The position numbers and the translations under genes are program-made. A DNA stretch of 64,000 nt, taken from positions 682,001 to 746,000 of the forward strand of contig CM061249.1 of assembly GCA_022605425.2 (NCBI GenBank), given 5' to 3'. Positions 47,373 to 58,742 of the stretch are shown here, one piece after another (positions within the stretch are counted from its first letter, which is position 1; every line of letters begins with the position of its first letter). The notes under the pieces were generated by a model. The model made no database searches, was not told the origin of the DNA, and saw only the letters and a program-made list of their open reading frames with translations. Origin of the DNA: Hamiltosporidium tvaerminnensis FI-OER-3-3. Its lineage: Eukaryota > Fungi > Microsporidia.

Positions 47373-47969
47373 ATGTCAGATATTAAAGAAGAAATTATTT
47401 CTCGGTTACAAGAAATTGATAGCACATTTTCTATGATAAACCGTAATTTAAGAGAAATAAATGAAAAATTAGAAAAAATTCACATAAAAAATACTAAAAT
47501 AATAAATTATTGCAAACCTTGGATTTCTTTCTTTTCTACCAAGAACCCACAACCTTTTAACGCAAAACCTATTTTAAATACACCACAATCCACTTCTCTT
47601 CCCTTGAATGTCACTTCTCCACCTCAAAAACCCATATATACCTCTCTTGCTTCATCAGAAAGTATAGAAATAAATTTTCCAAAAAATATTTCTTATGAAG
47701 AAGAATCATTCATTAAAACCTGTGACTCAGATGATTCTTCATTACATCCATTTAATTTAGAAGAACTTCCAGATATTTTTAAGCAAGAAATTGTCATTCA
47801 AGATATATATTTTTATATTCAATCTGTAAAATCTATAGATTATTCTGAACTTAAAAATATTTTTTCTCAAATTTCTACTGAAAAATTTAATATTTTTTTA
47901 AATCTTCTCACTCGAAAGAAATTTATTTTACAAAGAAATAATATTTTTTCTGTTGAAAAGTTACCATAA
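47373..47969 (+). CDS. ASK1: DASH/Dam1 complex subunit Ask1-like
   Basis: IKEEIISRLQEIDSTFS...CKPWISFF matches the Ask1 LEQEIT..LQEID.NFS...KFWKQFF motif. Confidence 0.7.
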   Translation: MSDIKEEIISRLQEIDSTFSMINRNLREINEKLEKIHIKNTKIINYCKPWISFFSTKNPQPFNAKPILNTPQSTSLPLNVTSPPQKPIYTSLASSESIEINFPKNISYEEESFIKTCDSDDSSLHPFNLEELPDIFKQEIVIQDIYFYIQSVKSIDYSELKNIFSQISTEKFNIFLNLLTRKKFILQRNNIFSVEKLP

Positions 47970-48229
47970 AATTGTGAATAAAAATTATTTCTTAATTCTT
48001 TATTTTACAAAAAAATAATATTTTTTTATTTTTAGTAAGAAGTGGTAATAAAAATTTTTAATTAGATTATTTCTATTACCTTGTATTTTATAGAATTTTT
48101 TTTTCTTAGGGTCCTATATTACCTCGATTACTCTACCTTACCTAAACAATTTATTCTCATCTTTTTCTGTAGAAAACCACAAACAAATTTTTAAATATTT
48201 TTTTACAAATCTGTTTTACCTTCCTCACC

Positions 48230-48724
48230 TTAATTTTCTTTATTTACAGAAGAAACATTTTTAAGAAAAATATCAACCAATGAATCTTCATACCCATCAA
48301 TAATTTCATTACAACTAAGAAGAATAGAACTATCAAACATAAATTTATGTCCCAAAGACTCAATAATTCTTTCCAATACTTCAATTCTCTTTTCATATTT
48401 ACTAACACTACTCTTCAAATCGTATTCCACTTTATTTCTATTCGTTTTTAAATATTTTTTACCTTCAAATTCCTTTTTATTCATCTGTATTTTCATAATC
48501 TTCTCATTTCTTTTTCTTTTGGATTCTGATACATTTAATTGTAGCTTAAGTTCTTTTATATTACTTTTTAATCTTTCTATTTCTATATCCTTCTTTTTAC
48601 TCTCTTCTTCTATTTCTATTACTTTTCTTCTTTCTTTGTTCATTTCTTCTTGAATTATTTGTCTTGATTTGTTTAGTAACCGTATTTCCTTAATAAAATT
48701 ATCGTTTTGATTATTTATATTCAT
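48230..48724 (-). CDS. Hypothetical coiled-coil protein
   Basis: 164-aa K/E-rich ORF; a CCCC motif precedes the ATG. Confidence 0.65.
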   Translation of the reverse strand: MNINNQNDNFIKEIRLLNKSRQIIQEEMNKERRKVIEIEEESKKKDIEIERLKSNIKELKLQLNVSESKRKRNEKIMKIQMNKKEFEGKKYLKTNRNKVEYDLKSSVSKYEKRIEVLERIIESLGHKFMFDSSILLSCNEIIDGYEDSLVDIFLKNVSSVNKEN

Positions 48725-48907
48725 AAAGGGGATTTCTATAAATAAATTTGTTCAAATTAGTTAAAATCTTTCGGAATATAAAAAATTAGAGTAACTGTTT
48801 TTTTTCTATTACATTCAATATTATTAAAATATAAGCCAATATAATTAAATAGTAAGACCAAGAAAATCCATTGATTTAGTTATTTAGTTATTTACTTATT
48901 TACTTAT

Positions 48908-49140
48908 TTATTAGATCTCTCTCATACTGTGAATAAACAAATATCTTGACTAAGCAACCGTAAAAGATAAAATTTATAACTTATTAGATCTCTCTCGTAC
49001 AGTGAATAGACAAATATCTTGACTAAGCAACCGTAAAAGATAAAATTTATAAATTATTAGATTCCTCTCGTACAGTGAATAGACAAATATCTTGACTAAG
49101 AAATAGTAAAAGATAAAATTTATAAATTATTAGATTTCCC
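48908..49140. repeat. 73-bp tandem repeat (3 units plus a partial) immediately upstream of Mnd1
   Basis: ttattagat at 48908, 48981, 49054 and 49127. Confidence 0.92.
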
Positions 49141-49152
49141 CCAGTAAATTTT

Positions 49153-49761
49153 ATGAATAAAAGAACGACGCAAGAAGAAAAGAGACAAAAAGTTTTGGAC
49201 TTTTTTAAAGAAAAGAAAGAATTTTTTACATTAAAAGAATTAGAAAAATTATTACCAAAAGCGAAGGGTGTGGTATCACAAAAAGTAAAAGAAATAATAC
49301 AATCACTTGTTGATGACGATCTTATAAAACAAGAAAAAATCGGAATTTCCCATTATTTTTGGTGTTTCCCGTCTGACACATTACATACATTAGAATTATC
49401 TCTGAGCAAATGTGAAAATGAAAATAAAAAAATGAAAGAAGAAATTTCACAGAAAGAAAAAGAACTTAAAAAAATGTATAAATTGAGACAAGAATCTGAT
49501 ATTAGAAGTGATATGATTGTACAGTGGAATTCTTTAAAAGATACTGTCTTACAGCAAAATAAAGAAATAAATATGTTTAGTGAATGCGATCCAGATTTAT
49601 ACAATAAAAATTTAAATGAAATCAGTCTTATGAAAGAAAGTATTAATAAAATAACTGATAATATATTTACTTTACAATCTTATGTTTCTGATAAGTTTAA
49701 TGTTGAAAGAGTAGATTTTAATAATAATTTTAGTGTAGATGATGATATGGATTATGTTTGA
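49153..49761 (+). CDS. MND1: Meiotic recombination protein Mnd1
   Basis: EEKRQKVLDFF...FFTLKELEKLLPKAKGVV.Q.VKEIIQSLVDD...EKIG.S.YFW.FPS, and TDNIF. Confidence 0.95.
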   Translation: MNKRTTQEEKRQKVLDFFKEKKEFFTLKELEKLLPKAKGVVSQKVKEIIQSLVDDDLIKQEKIGISHYFWCFPSDTLHTLELSLSKCENENKKMKEEISQKEKELKKMYKLRQESDIRSDMIVQWNSLKDTVLQQNKEINMFSECDPDLYNKNLNEISLMKESINKITDNIFTLQSYVSDKFNVERVDFNNNFSVDDDMDYV

Positions 49762-50127
49762 GTGTGATGTTGAAAGAGTAGATTTTAAGTAGAGTTTATA
49801 TTTGTTTGCTGTTTATTTTAATAAAGTTTGTTACGTTAATACATTTAATTATTTAATCAATTTCATCTAAAAACACACTGTTTATACAATTAAATAGAAG
49901 AGTCGACATTTGACGAATTTTTTTTTAAATTAAAAAGAAGAAAAAAGCGGCTATTGACGGGCTTTTTATATAAATTAATCTCCCCCATTCCATACCCTTA
50001 TAATTTGAAAGTACAAATTATTCAAAGGATAGGTAATATCTTAGAAAAGAATAATATTTCGTAAATGCAATTTCTCAGCTTACAGTTTATATTTTTTGAA
50101 TTATATTCATATTTTGAAAAAAAAATT

Positions 50128-50852
50128 ATTTAAAAATATCCCATCTTTTTAAAAAACAATGCAAAGTGTTATATTTTTCTATGTAATTAACGCAGTTCTA
50201 GGTTTACATATGTAACTGTTTCCTAAACACTCTATCGGTACCCTCTACGATACCTGCATCACAAAGCCTTTCATCTAAAAGGTGTTTAGTAGAACCCAAT
50301 TACTAGGCAACGTAGTTATTTATATTTCGTTAATATCCGTTGCATGTGGTTTTATCGTAGCTCGAAACCCACTCTAGACACTTCCCAAGACTATTCAGCA
50401 TTCCCACTTACTCTAAACTTTCCAAGCTCAATAGACTTCTATCTAAGATATATTTCGGAGACTTACATGGGGTCCACCTAGACAGTGCACTGTCATACAA
50501 ACAGGTATAACCTGCTACTTAGCTCTCCCGGCTTCAATGGCGTTTTTATTTTTATATATCCCAGGCGCTAAGTCTTCTAACCCGAGTGAGCAAGGCTAGG
50601 TTTCCATGTTTTTACATGGCAATTACCTACAGGTTCAGCCGTGTTCTCGATCTAGTTACATTAAAAACTACAAAAAATTCAAAAATAATTTTCGTCGTCT
50701 CGTAGACTTATCCTACTCATACAAACTCCCATGGAACATCTGAATATATATTTGGGTTTTCTTGTCACTAAAAATCCAATAAAAGACTTTCATATACCGA
50801 TTTCACATACTCATGGCCAAGCAGGCAGTTTTTATGGTTACCCTTCGTCTAC
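50128..50852 (-). repeat. 720-bp interspersed element, copy G
   Basis: Reverse-complement match to F (caggtataacctgctacttagctctcccggc; ccaggcgctaagtcttctaacccgagtgagcaaggctagg). Confidence 0.92.
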
Positions 50853-51372
50853 TAAGTTGATAATTATAAAAATATGTTTAATAATCAAAAACCCTTTACA
50901 ATTGTATTTTTAAAAATCTTATTTTCTTAATATTCACACAATTAAATCAATTCAGCAAAGACAAAATACAATAAAAATAAACCATTGTATCATATAAAAC
51001 GCGTAAGTATTTAATTTTAATGTAAATTAACGACTTAAACCAAAATAACCTGTTTTGGAAACAGAAATAATATATCATATTTTCACTGAGAACCCAGGAC
51101 TTTTAATAAGCCCTATCGCCATTGAGTAAGTAAGTATTTCCAATACAAAAAAATATATTTTATAATTAAGTTTAAAAGAATAAAATATTTAATTGAGTTG
51201 ATACTTTAATATCGCTTATTTATCCTCAAATTGGGGTTTATTAAAACCGTAATTTCAATGACCATATTTTTCTACAACTTTATTTTTGTATGACCGTATT
51301 TTAAAACTTTATAATCATAAACAGTATTTTTTTAATCTTACTTTATTCCTATAAATTAATATTTGCTATAAT

Positions 51373-53958
51373 TTAAGTAAATTTACTGATAAAATCATTA
51401 ATAGAAATAATTCCTAAGATTTCATCATTATCCATTTTTAAACAGTGCCTTGCATCTAAAGACTGTTCAAAAATATTGTCACAAACATATCCTTTATTAA
51501 CACTGATAACAATTATATCATTATATACTAAAAAAGAAAGGTAGCTTAAATAATCGAGTTCAAAATTAGTTAAATTAAAATTTATATTTTTGTTAGGTAA
51601 AATGTTAGATATAAGATTGAACAATGCATGTATATTATTTTCTTTGGTAAAATATATGTATGTACCATCTGTACTATTTAGATTTGAAATTATTTTGTTG
51701 ATTAAATTGCCACAGAAAAATTCTGAAGATTTTATTATTTCTTCGATATTTACTCCATATTTTCGCATGTTAATGAATTTGTGGTATTTAAGAACCAAAG
51801 AAAATAACTTTTCGGTTTTTTCTTGATTAAATATTTGCAACAAATCTTTTCTTTTGTGAATTATTAAATATTTTAATAATTCATATAATTCTGAAATGTT
51901 GTTGGTGGTTATTTTTGATTTAGTTTTGTAAATTAATTTTTCAAAATAATTCCCTAAATATTCCTTATCGTTAAAAATATATTCATATTTGTTTTCTATG
52001 AGATTTAAACAATCAAATAAACTGCTATCGGATTCTTTGCTACTGCTATTGGAAGAAGAAAGAGATTTTGAATTTTTTTTTTCACTGTAAATTTCCGAGT
52101 TACATAAATAATTATCAAATATCAAATGAGAAAGGCTTTCTTGTGATTGATTTAGAATGGAATCCTCATTTTTATCCAAATATTTGGTTTCTGATGTCAT
52201 ATAAAGTTTTTTTGATTCTTTATATTCGAAAAAAGCATCAAGGGTTTTGCATATTTCCTCATTAATTTCATCGCTCTTAAAAGCTTCAAAGTCATTTTTT
52301 AATTTATCTTTGATATTCTCATGAAATTTATTTCTGTTTTCTTTTAAATTTATTGGATTAGTTTCCTCAATTACAACGCTTGCACTTTTTCTTGTAAAAG
52401 CTTTTGCAAAAATCATAGCTGATTCTTGAACTCGATCTTCCGATGTACTAAAAAATTTTACATTATCTAACAATCTATTAAATGTGTCGTCAATATTTTT
52501 GTTTTCATTAAATAAATTTATACTCGCTAAAGAGTTACTCAGTAGAAAATATCTTAAATTTTCTCCCGTTTCTTCGGATTGTATTCTTCCCGTATGAGTA
52601 AGTCTTCCTCCCCATTTAAGAATGATTTCAACATTTTCATTTTCAAGTAATCTCTTCTGTATTCTAGTTTCTTTATTTTTTCCAAATTTATTAATCAAAT
52701 CTTCAGTGAATGAACAGTTTTGTAGATGATTTTCAATACATTCAAACAAACCAGAAGTTGTCGTAATGCTTCCACTTTTATCAATCAAAACTTTGATCTT
52801 ATTTTTTGGTGTTCTATCTGCATGTCTATAAATCCTAATAACTTTACTTAAACTCTTTCTAGAAATGCTATCTAAAATATTTTTAATATTTTCATTTAAG
52901 TATTTCAGTTGTGAAATATCGAAGTTTATATTTTTTTTAAACTTTGATTCGTTAATTAGTCTATTAAAACCGATCGCACCAGAAAAGTTTTTTAAAATAT
53001 CTTCTTTGATTACCTGAGCACAATTTTCATAATATTCTTCTTTACATCCTTTAACAAATGACCATCCATTAACATCTATAACATATGATTCTTTTCCTTT
53101 TCTTAACATATCAAACCCACAAATAAGTTGTTTAAAACCCAAAGTTATTTTTCTTGCCCAATTTAATTCATTTTCTTTTAAAATTATTTTGGCTCGTTTT
53201 TCATTTCCTTTTTCATCTCTCTCTACAACTCCATCCACCGTTGGAGATTTTCTTGTCTCTGCATATGGAGTAGCTCCACCCATAGCATAAACCTTAATAT
53301 CCCTATTGTCTCCTTCAATGAACTCTTCATAAATATATGAAACGTCTCTTCTGACACCTTGTAAATCATAAACTAGTGAACTACTCTTGTTAGCACTTTT
53401 TCTAAATAATTTTCTGACTCCTAAATTCTTACAATAATAAACATAAATATTATGATTCTCATTATTGGCCGGTTTCTCAATAAACGGTCGTTTAATAATT
53501 TTATTTCCTATTTGAATTGAATCCTCAAATTCTTTCATTTCTTCAAATTCAAAATCCAATTTTATACAAAATCTTTGTTCTATAATTTTAATAATAACAT
53601 TCGGTATAGCCAAAGGAGTCTTATTATAAAAAATACTTCTTGGTGTATTAACATTCATAGATTCCAATATTTTTTTAATAATTCTTCTATCAAATAAGGC
53701 ATATTGAAGTAACAAATTGTTGGGACAATAAGAATAATTTAAAGATAAATACTTTATTACTTGTTTGAAGGGTAATGTGGTATGATAAAAAGAAATTATT
53801 ACGTCGAAAGCTGGCCATTCTTCTGGTGGTTGTGTAGATATCATGTTTGGCGAGATAATAGTTGATGGAAATATTTTTTTAAGTTTTTTTATAAATAGTT
53901 GTGTGTGGGTCGCAAAAAGCTTCCGAGACATTATACAGAACCCAAGATTAATATTCAT
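51373..53958 (-). CDS. VIP1: Vip1/PPIP5K inositol pyrophosphate kinase-phosphatase; start probably the CCCC-preceded ATG at 53958 (ORF track begins at 54015)
   Basis: ATP-grasp kinase motifs EKPAN.ENHNIY.YY, DIKVY, AETRKSPTVDGVVERD, DVNGWSFVK. Phosphatase motifs RHADRTPK, LKWGG.LTH, ELDYLS. Confidence 0.95.
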   Translation of the reverse strand: MNINLGFCIMSRKLFATHTQLFIKKLKKIFPSTIISPNMISTQPPEEWPAFDVIISFYHTTLPFKQVIKYLSLNYSYCPNNLLLQYALFDRRIIKKILESMNVNTPRSIFYNKTPLAIPNVIIKIIEQRFCIKLDFEFEEMKEFEDSIQIGNKIIKRPFIEKPANNENHNIYVYYCKNLGVRKLFRKSANKSSSLVYDLQGVRRDVSYIYEEFIEGDNRDIKVYAMGGATPYAETRKSPTVDGVVERDEKGNEKRAKIILKENELNWARKITLGFKQLICGFDMLRKGKESYVIDVNGWSFVKGCKEEYYENCAQVIKEDILKNFSGAIGFNRLINESKFKKNINFDISQLKYLNENIKNILDSISRKSLSKVIRIYRHADRTPKNKIKVLIDKSGSITTTSGLFECIENHLQNCSFTEDLINKFGKNKETRIQKRLLENENVEIILKWGGRLTHTGRIQSEETGENLRYFLLSNSLASINLFNENKNIDDTFNRLLDNVKFFSTSEDRVQESAMIFAKAFTRKSASVVIEETNPINLKENRNKFHENIKDKLKNDFEAFKSDEINEEICKTLDAFFEYKESKKLYMTSETKYLDKNEDSILNQSQESLSHLIFDNYLCNSEIYSEKKNSKSLSSSNSSSKESDSSLFDCLNLIENKYEYIFNDKEYLGNYFEKLIYKTKSKITTNNISELYELLKYLIIHKRKDLLQIFNQEKTEKLFSLVLKYHKFINMRKYGVNIEEIIKSSEFFCGNLINKIISNLNSTDGTYIYFTKENNIHALFNLISNILPNKNINFNLTNFELDYLSYLSFLVYNDIIVISVNKGYVCDNIFEQSLDARHCLKMDNDEILGIISINDFISKFT

Positions 53959-54999
53959 TGGGGCCAGAGAATTTATTTTATTACTATAAATTTTTCCATA
54001 TATTGACCCATACATATATCATATAAATCCATGTTGGGTAATAAAAAAAAAATAATAAAAATAATAAAAATTATAAAAAATGTAAAAAAACGTTAGTAAA
54101 AAACGGAAAAAAATATGAAATAATTCGTCATAATAATTTGCATTATATAAATCAATAATCAAATAATAATTCAGATACTTTAAATGTTGATGATATACTG
54201 ATTGTGTTGTAATATTTAGCTACTCCGATATAATTAATTTTCATAATATCTGCCTATGAGTCAAACTATTATCTATACTTTTAGGTTATTTACACGTTTT
54301 TTTATTAATTAAATCAAATTTTAATAGCAAATTTTATCGAACATTTCTAATACGAATAATTTGAGAATTTTGGAGTTACTGATATGATTAGAAGAAAATT
54401 AAAAGCATAGAAAGTTTTTTTAAAATAAGTCTGTTTTTTAGAAGCCATTTGGTTTTATTTTCTAAGAGGATAAGCGACAACGATAGAGAAAATATAAAAC
54501 AATACAAAAAAAGGAAGAGTATTTGCAATTTATATCAATGAAATCTTGTTTTCTTATGAATTAGTTATACCTAATTAAAAATGATGAAACTTAACTTAAA
54601 CGAAAAATATAAAGAATATAAAAGATGATTTGAAACCGGAAATCTTCTGCCGCAAATGATAGCTCCATATTTTTGATTTTTATTCAAAAACTTAAACGAA
54701 ACATCAAATTAACTAGTTATTTTTTCGATGCTTAAAATCTATACAAATTGCAAAATATAGTTATCATAACAAAACATAAATAATGGTTCAAATTTATCTG
54801 AAGGTATAACATATAACATCGAAGTAAAATTTAAATTTCAAATACATAAGAAAATTTTCTTATAATATAAGCCGCACGTACAACTCTATCTAATAAAAAC
54901 CTGAATGTAAACTATTATAAAGTTTTTCTTCGAATAACTTTAGTTTATTCAAGGTAGGGTATTTATAATGAAAGAAAGTCTTTGAATGTATCTTTAAAT

Positions 55000-55192
55000 T
55001 AATCATACTAATTGGCGCTACAGCTCTTAAAAATCCCGGTCCTTCATAACGATTTTTCTACTTTAAATTATTTTGTTTCGTTTCGTAAGAAAATGGTTTA
55101 TGGAAATAGGTGTGTTGGCTCGATGCTCCGCCCTCCTCTTTTATCCGGACTTGAAACCTGCAGAACAGAACTCATCGTATCACTGGCCGAGC
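55000..55192 (-). mobile_element. 193-bp bipartite RTE-derived non-autonomous retroelement (SINE-like) with 13-bp TSD
   Basis: TSD tgtatctttaaat at 54987-54999 and 55193-55205. Reverse complement joins the RTE 5'-UTR-like caagtccggataaaagaggagggc...ttacgaaac to the RTE 3' end aagagctgtagcgccaattagt. Confidence 0.8.
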
Positions 55193-55529
55193 TGTATCTT
55201 TAAATACTTTAAGATTAAACAAGGGAAATGATTTCGATAAAATCAACATCTTCTATTAAATAAAAGCAATATTGTTATAGCCTTATGAAAAATATAAAAC
55301 ATTTCATACAAAATTTATGATTATTCGGTTACAATATGGAATGAGAATGAAAAGGTGGATATGTATAAAAATTAACTAATTGGTTTTATATTCTATGCAT
55401 AACATAACATGTTTATTTCCTGATAATCCATAAATATCATTGTGTGTTATTTATAGCCTAAAAAAATAAATAACGATTTCTACAATATTTTATCGCATCA
55501 TATATATTCATAAATATTCAAATAAATTT

Positions 55530-56230
55530 AAGGAAAAATAATAAACATTTAAAGAACTATCTGCATGGCAATGGTTACCCGAAATTGGTGTAGAAATTAT
55601 GAAATTTTTGTTTGGAAAAAACTCAATAATTTCTGGTTGTTACACGGAAATATGTATGTTGAAAAAAGGTCTATAGAATCGTAAAATTGATACAAAAGAG
55701 TTAGCTTGTAGTTTTTATGTAACAAGAGTGTATACTATGATTTAAAATATAGGTAATTACGATTTAAAAGATTGAAGATCTAGTCTTACACTCGGAATTC
55801 AAGACCCAGAACTCATAAGATGCGAAAAGAAACAAACCCTTCAAAGCCAGGTGAGCCAAGTAATGGGTTATTACTGTTGGTATGAATTAGTCTGGGTAAT
55901 GCACACGGTTTAACTCGGTGAGATATATCTTGCTGGATGTATATTTAGTTAAGAAAGTGTAAAGTAAGTAAAATTCCACTTGATATTATGTGAATCCTAA
56001 AATCGGTTTCAAACTTCGGATCCATTTTAAGCAACAGAAATTAACAAACATCATGCAAAGACCCGTCTATTAAATAGATCCTACATACCTATTAGATTGT
56101 ATCCTTAGGGTTTAGCTACTTTAATCAGGTCAATGGGTTTACACGGAGCCACATATCTATGTAAAACCTATAACTGTATTTATTTTATCAAAACAATCTA
56201 AAACATGCAACTGTTATGAAAATATATTAA
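55530..56230 (+). repeat. 720-bp interspersed element, copy H (diverged)
   Basis: ctgcatggcaatg, ataggtaatt, aaagccaggtgagccaagta, aagaaagtgtaaagtaagt, tatgtaaaacctataactg. Confidence 0.8.
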
Positions 56231-56501
56231 ATTTGCTAATTCAAGCATGTTTTATATTGGAAACTACGGGAAAGGAATTAAATAAAATGGTTTGGAATAT
56301 ATTTAAGTTATAGCGTGTATTGAACAACCAGAAATAGCGATATAAAAAAGACTTTTGTTAATAGAGACATAATTCATACCAACTGCTCTCAATAATCATA
56401 GTAATTAGCATTTATAAATAAATAAAAAATTTACAAAAGATTAATTTACAAGAAATTTTATTTTATTTTACTATTTTAGCTTAAAGAATCCAGGTCAAAG
56501 A

Positions 56502-58742
56502 TTAATAATTCGCACATAATATATTTTCTTCTGAAAATTGTTCTTTTATATAATTAAATGCTTTTGCATTACTTAGGTTTTGTTCATTTATTAGGATTTT
56601 GCAATTGGGGCTTGTGTTTTGTAATACTTTAAGCTTTCTATGGTTTATTTCTATGTATAGAAGCTTGAAAATTCTGAGTTTTTTAAAAAGAGCAAGCGAT
56701 TTTATAAAATTATATGGCAATTTGCTATATGAACAATCAATATGCTTCAATGTTCTATATATAGGAATACAAGCAGGTATGAAACCACAATTGTCTATAA
56801 AATGACATCTTAACATACTTAAATATTTTAAATTTTTAATCTGTTCTATGGATCGTATATCTTCAGCATTTATAGTATTTTTATCATATTTAAATACTTC
56901 TAAAGATCTACAAATATCCGTATTCAATATATGAATTAAATCTCCGCCATATCTCGTGGTATTACTTAAATTAAGGTCTTTTAAATCAGAAAATCCTTTA
57001 AAAATATTTCGAGTTAAATCTTCAAGATATTTTCCTGATAAATTAATTTTGATAATATTTTGTTTATTTCTAAAGTTTATTAAACAGATTGAAATATTTA
57101 AAATATCTAAAGAATAAGATAAATCTATACAGTTTAAAGATTCAGATCGGATTATGTAAGTAAATATATTCAATGGAAATTTGGTATATCTGAACCTAAT
57201 TTTTTTGACTTTGGATAGAGAGGCATTTTGATTTAAAAAGAACTCTGACGAAATATCAAATACACAGTAATTAAATTTAAGCATTTTTAGATTATTAAAA
57301 TTCATTATTGAATACAATTCATATTCTTTGATAACAGAAATAGAGATCTTTAATATTTTTAAATTTTTTTGAAATCTTAAATTTGAAATATCAGGATTCA
57401 GATTCTTTTTTAAATAAGTATACTGATTACCGTGTAATATTACAGTTTTCAATAAAGGAAAATCATTCAAACTAAAAAATATTTCAGATAAACGTAAGAA
57501 GTCAAATCTACCTTCAAAATAAGTTAACTTACGGGCAAATGAATGGATAAACGCTTTATCGAAAACCAATGAATCCCTTAGTTCTGTCATAAATTTCAGT
57601 TTCAAATTTTCTAGTTTTTCAAAATAAATAATATTTCGATTAAACATTCTTTTCATATTGAATTCAAAAATTTTCAAAACTTTTAATTCGGGTAAACTTT
57701 CATTTAACATTTGGAAATATTCATAAATATAATCACCTTTAAGCGAATTATTGAAGACAAGTTTTTTTATATTTTTGAAATGATTTAATTCATAGAAATG
57801 TAATGAATTTATAGTTGTATTATAGAATATTAACGTTTCAATCTCCCTAAAAATATTCATCCTAGAAAATATAAGCAAAAAAGTTGAAGAAATTCTAACA
57901 GAATCAAACTTCAATTCTTTTATAGTAGAATATAAAAATAATCGAGCTGATCGGTTAATTTGTAGAAGATTATTCAGACTTTGTGTGTTCATAATTGTTA
58001 ATCTTTGGATTTTAATATTAGAAAAAATATATTTTATAAATTCTTGTTTCCGAGTATCACCATTTGCAATTTTATATATCTTTTGTAGAATTGAATCAGT
58101 TAATACAAAACGAATTTCATCTCTAAATTTTTTTTTAATTTCAAATATTTTTTTTGCATTTTTCTTAATATCAGACTTCCCAAAAAACTCATGAATATCT
58201 TGTTTAGTAAGTAAATTATACTTTAAAAATTGTTTAAGAATTATCAAAAATAAATTTTGAACATTTGAATTGTAATTAAATTTTTTATAATTTGAGGCAA
58301 AATCATAATTAATAAATTTTAAATTAGTGATTTGACTAAAAATAAGGCCTTTTATATTTCTACCTAATTCTACTTCGAATAATAATAAAATATCAATATA
58401 AACCAAAAATTCTTTTGTATTTATCATTCTATTCATGTAATCGAAATCTTTTAATCTATTCAAAACATATAAAACCTGATTTGTGTTATATTCTTTAATA
58501 AAAATATTTTCCAACCTTTCAAATCCATACAATCGAACAAAAAAATCTTTTGGATATCTAAATATGTGATTATCAGCATTTCTATAATGATAGCTTATAT
58601 TTTTATATGTAAAAATAGAAATCCAATTATTTTTATCTGTATTTTTTACTTTAATATCACTTATTTTTGTTTTTATTAAGTTAAACATTTGAATTTCTGT
58701 TGTAAGTACTGTCATCAGTAAAAGAAAAATATTATAAATCAT
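56502..58742 (-). CDS. Secreted leucine-rich-repeat protein
   Basis: Signal-like MIYNIFLLLMTVLTTE and many LRRs (LKDLNLSNT, LKYLSMLRC, LKHIDCSYS). Confidence 0.85.
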   Translation of the reverse strand: MIYNIFLLLMTVLTTEIQMFNLIKTKISDIKVKNTDKNNWISIFTYKNISYHYRNADNHIFRYPKDFFVRLYGFERLENIFIKEYNTNQVLYVLNRLKDFDYMNRMINTKEFLVYIDILLLFEVELGRNIKGLIFSQITNLKFINYDFASNYKKFNYNSNVQNLFLIILKQFLKYNLLTKQDIHEFFGKSDIKKNAKKIFEIKKKFRDEIRFVLTDSILQKIYKIANGDTRKQEFIKYIFSNIKIQRLTIMNTQSLNNLLQINRSARLFLYSTIKELKFDSVRISSTFLLIFSRMNIFREIETLIFYNTTINSLHFYELNHFKNIKKLVFNNSLKGDYIYEYFQMLNESLPELKVLKIFEFNMKRMFNRNIIYFEKLENLKLKFMTELRDSLVFDKAFIHSFARKLTYFEGRFDFLRLSEIFFSLNDFPLLKTVILHGNQYTYLKKNLNPDISNLRFQKNLKILKISISVIKEYELYSIMNFNNLKMLKFNYCVFDISSEFFLNQNASLSKVKKIRFRYTKFPLNIFTYIIRSESLNCIDLSYSLDILNISICLINFRNKQNIIKINLSGKYLEDLTRNIFKGFSDLKDLNLSNTTRYGGDLIHILNTDICRSLEVFKYDKNTINAEDIRSIEQIKNLKYLSMLRCHFIDNCGFIPACIPIYRTLKHIDCSYSKLPYNFIKSLALFKKLRIFKLLYIEINHRKLKVLQNTSPNCKILINEQNLSNAKAFNYIKEQFSEENILCANY

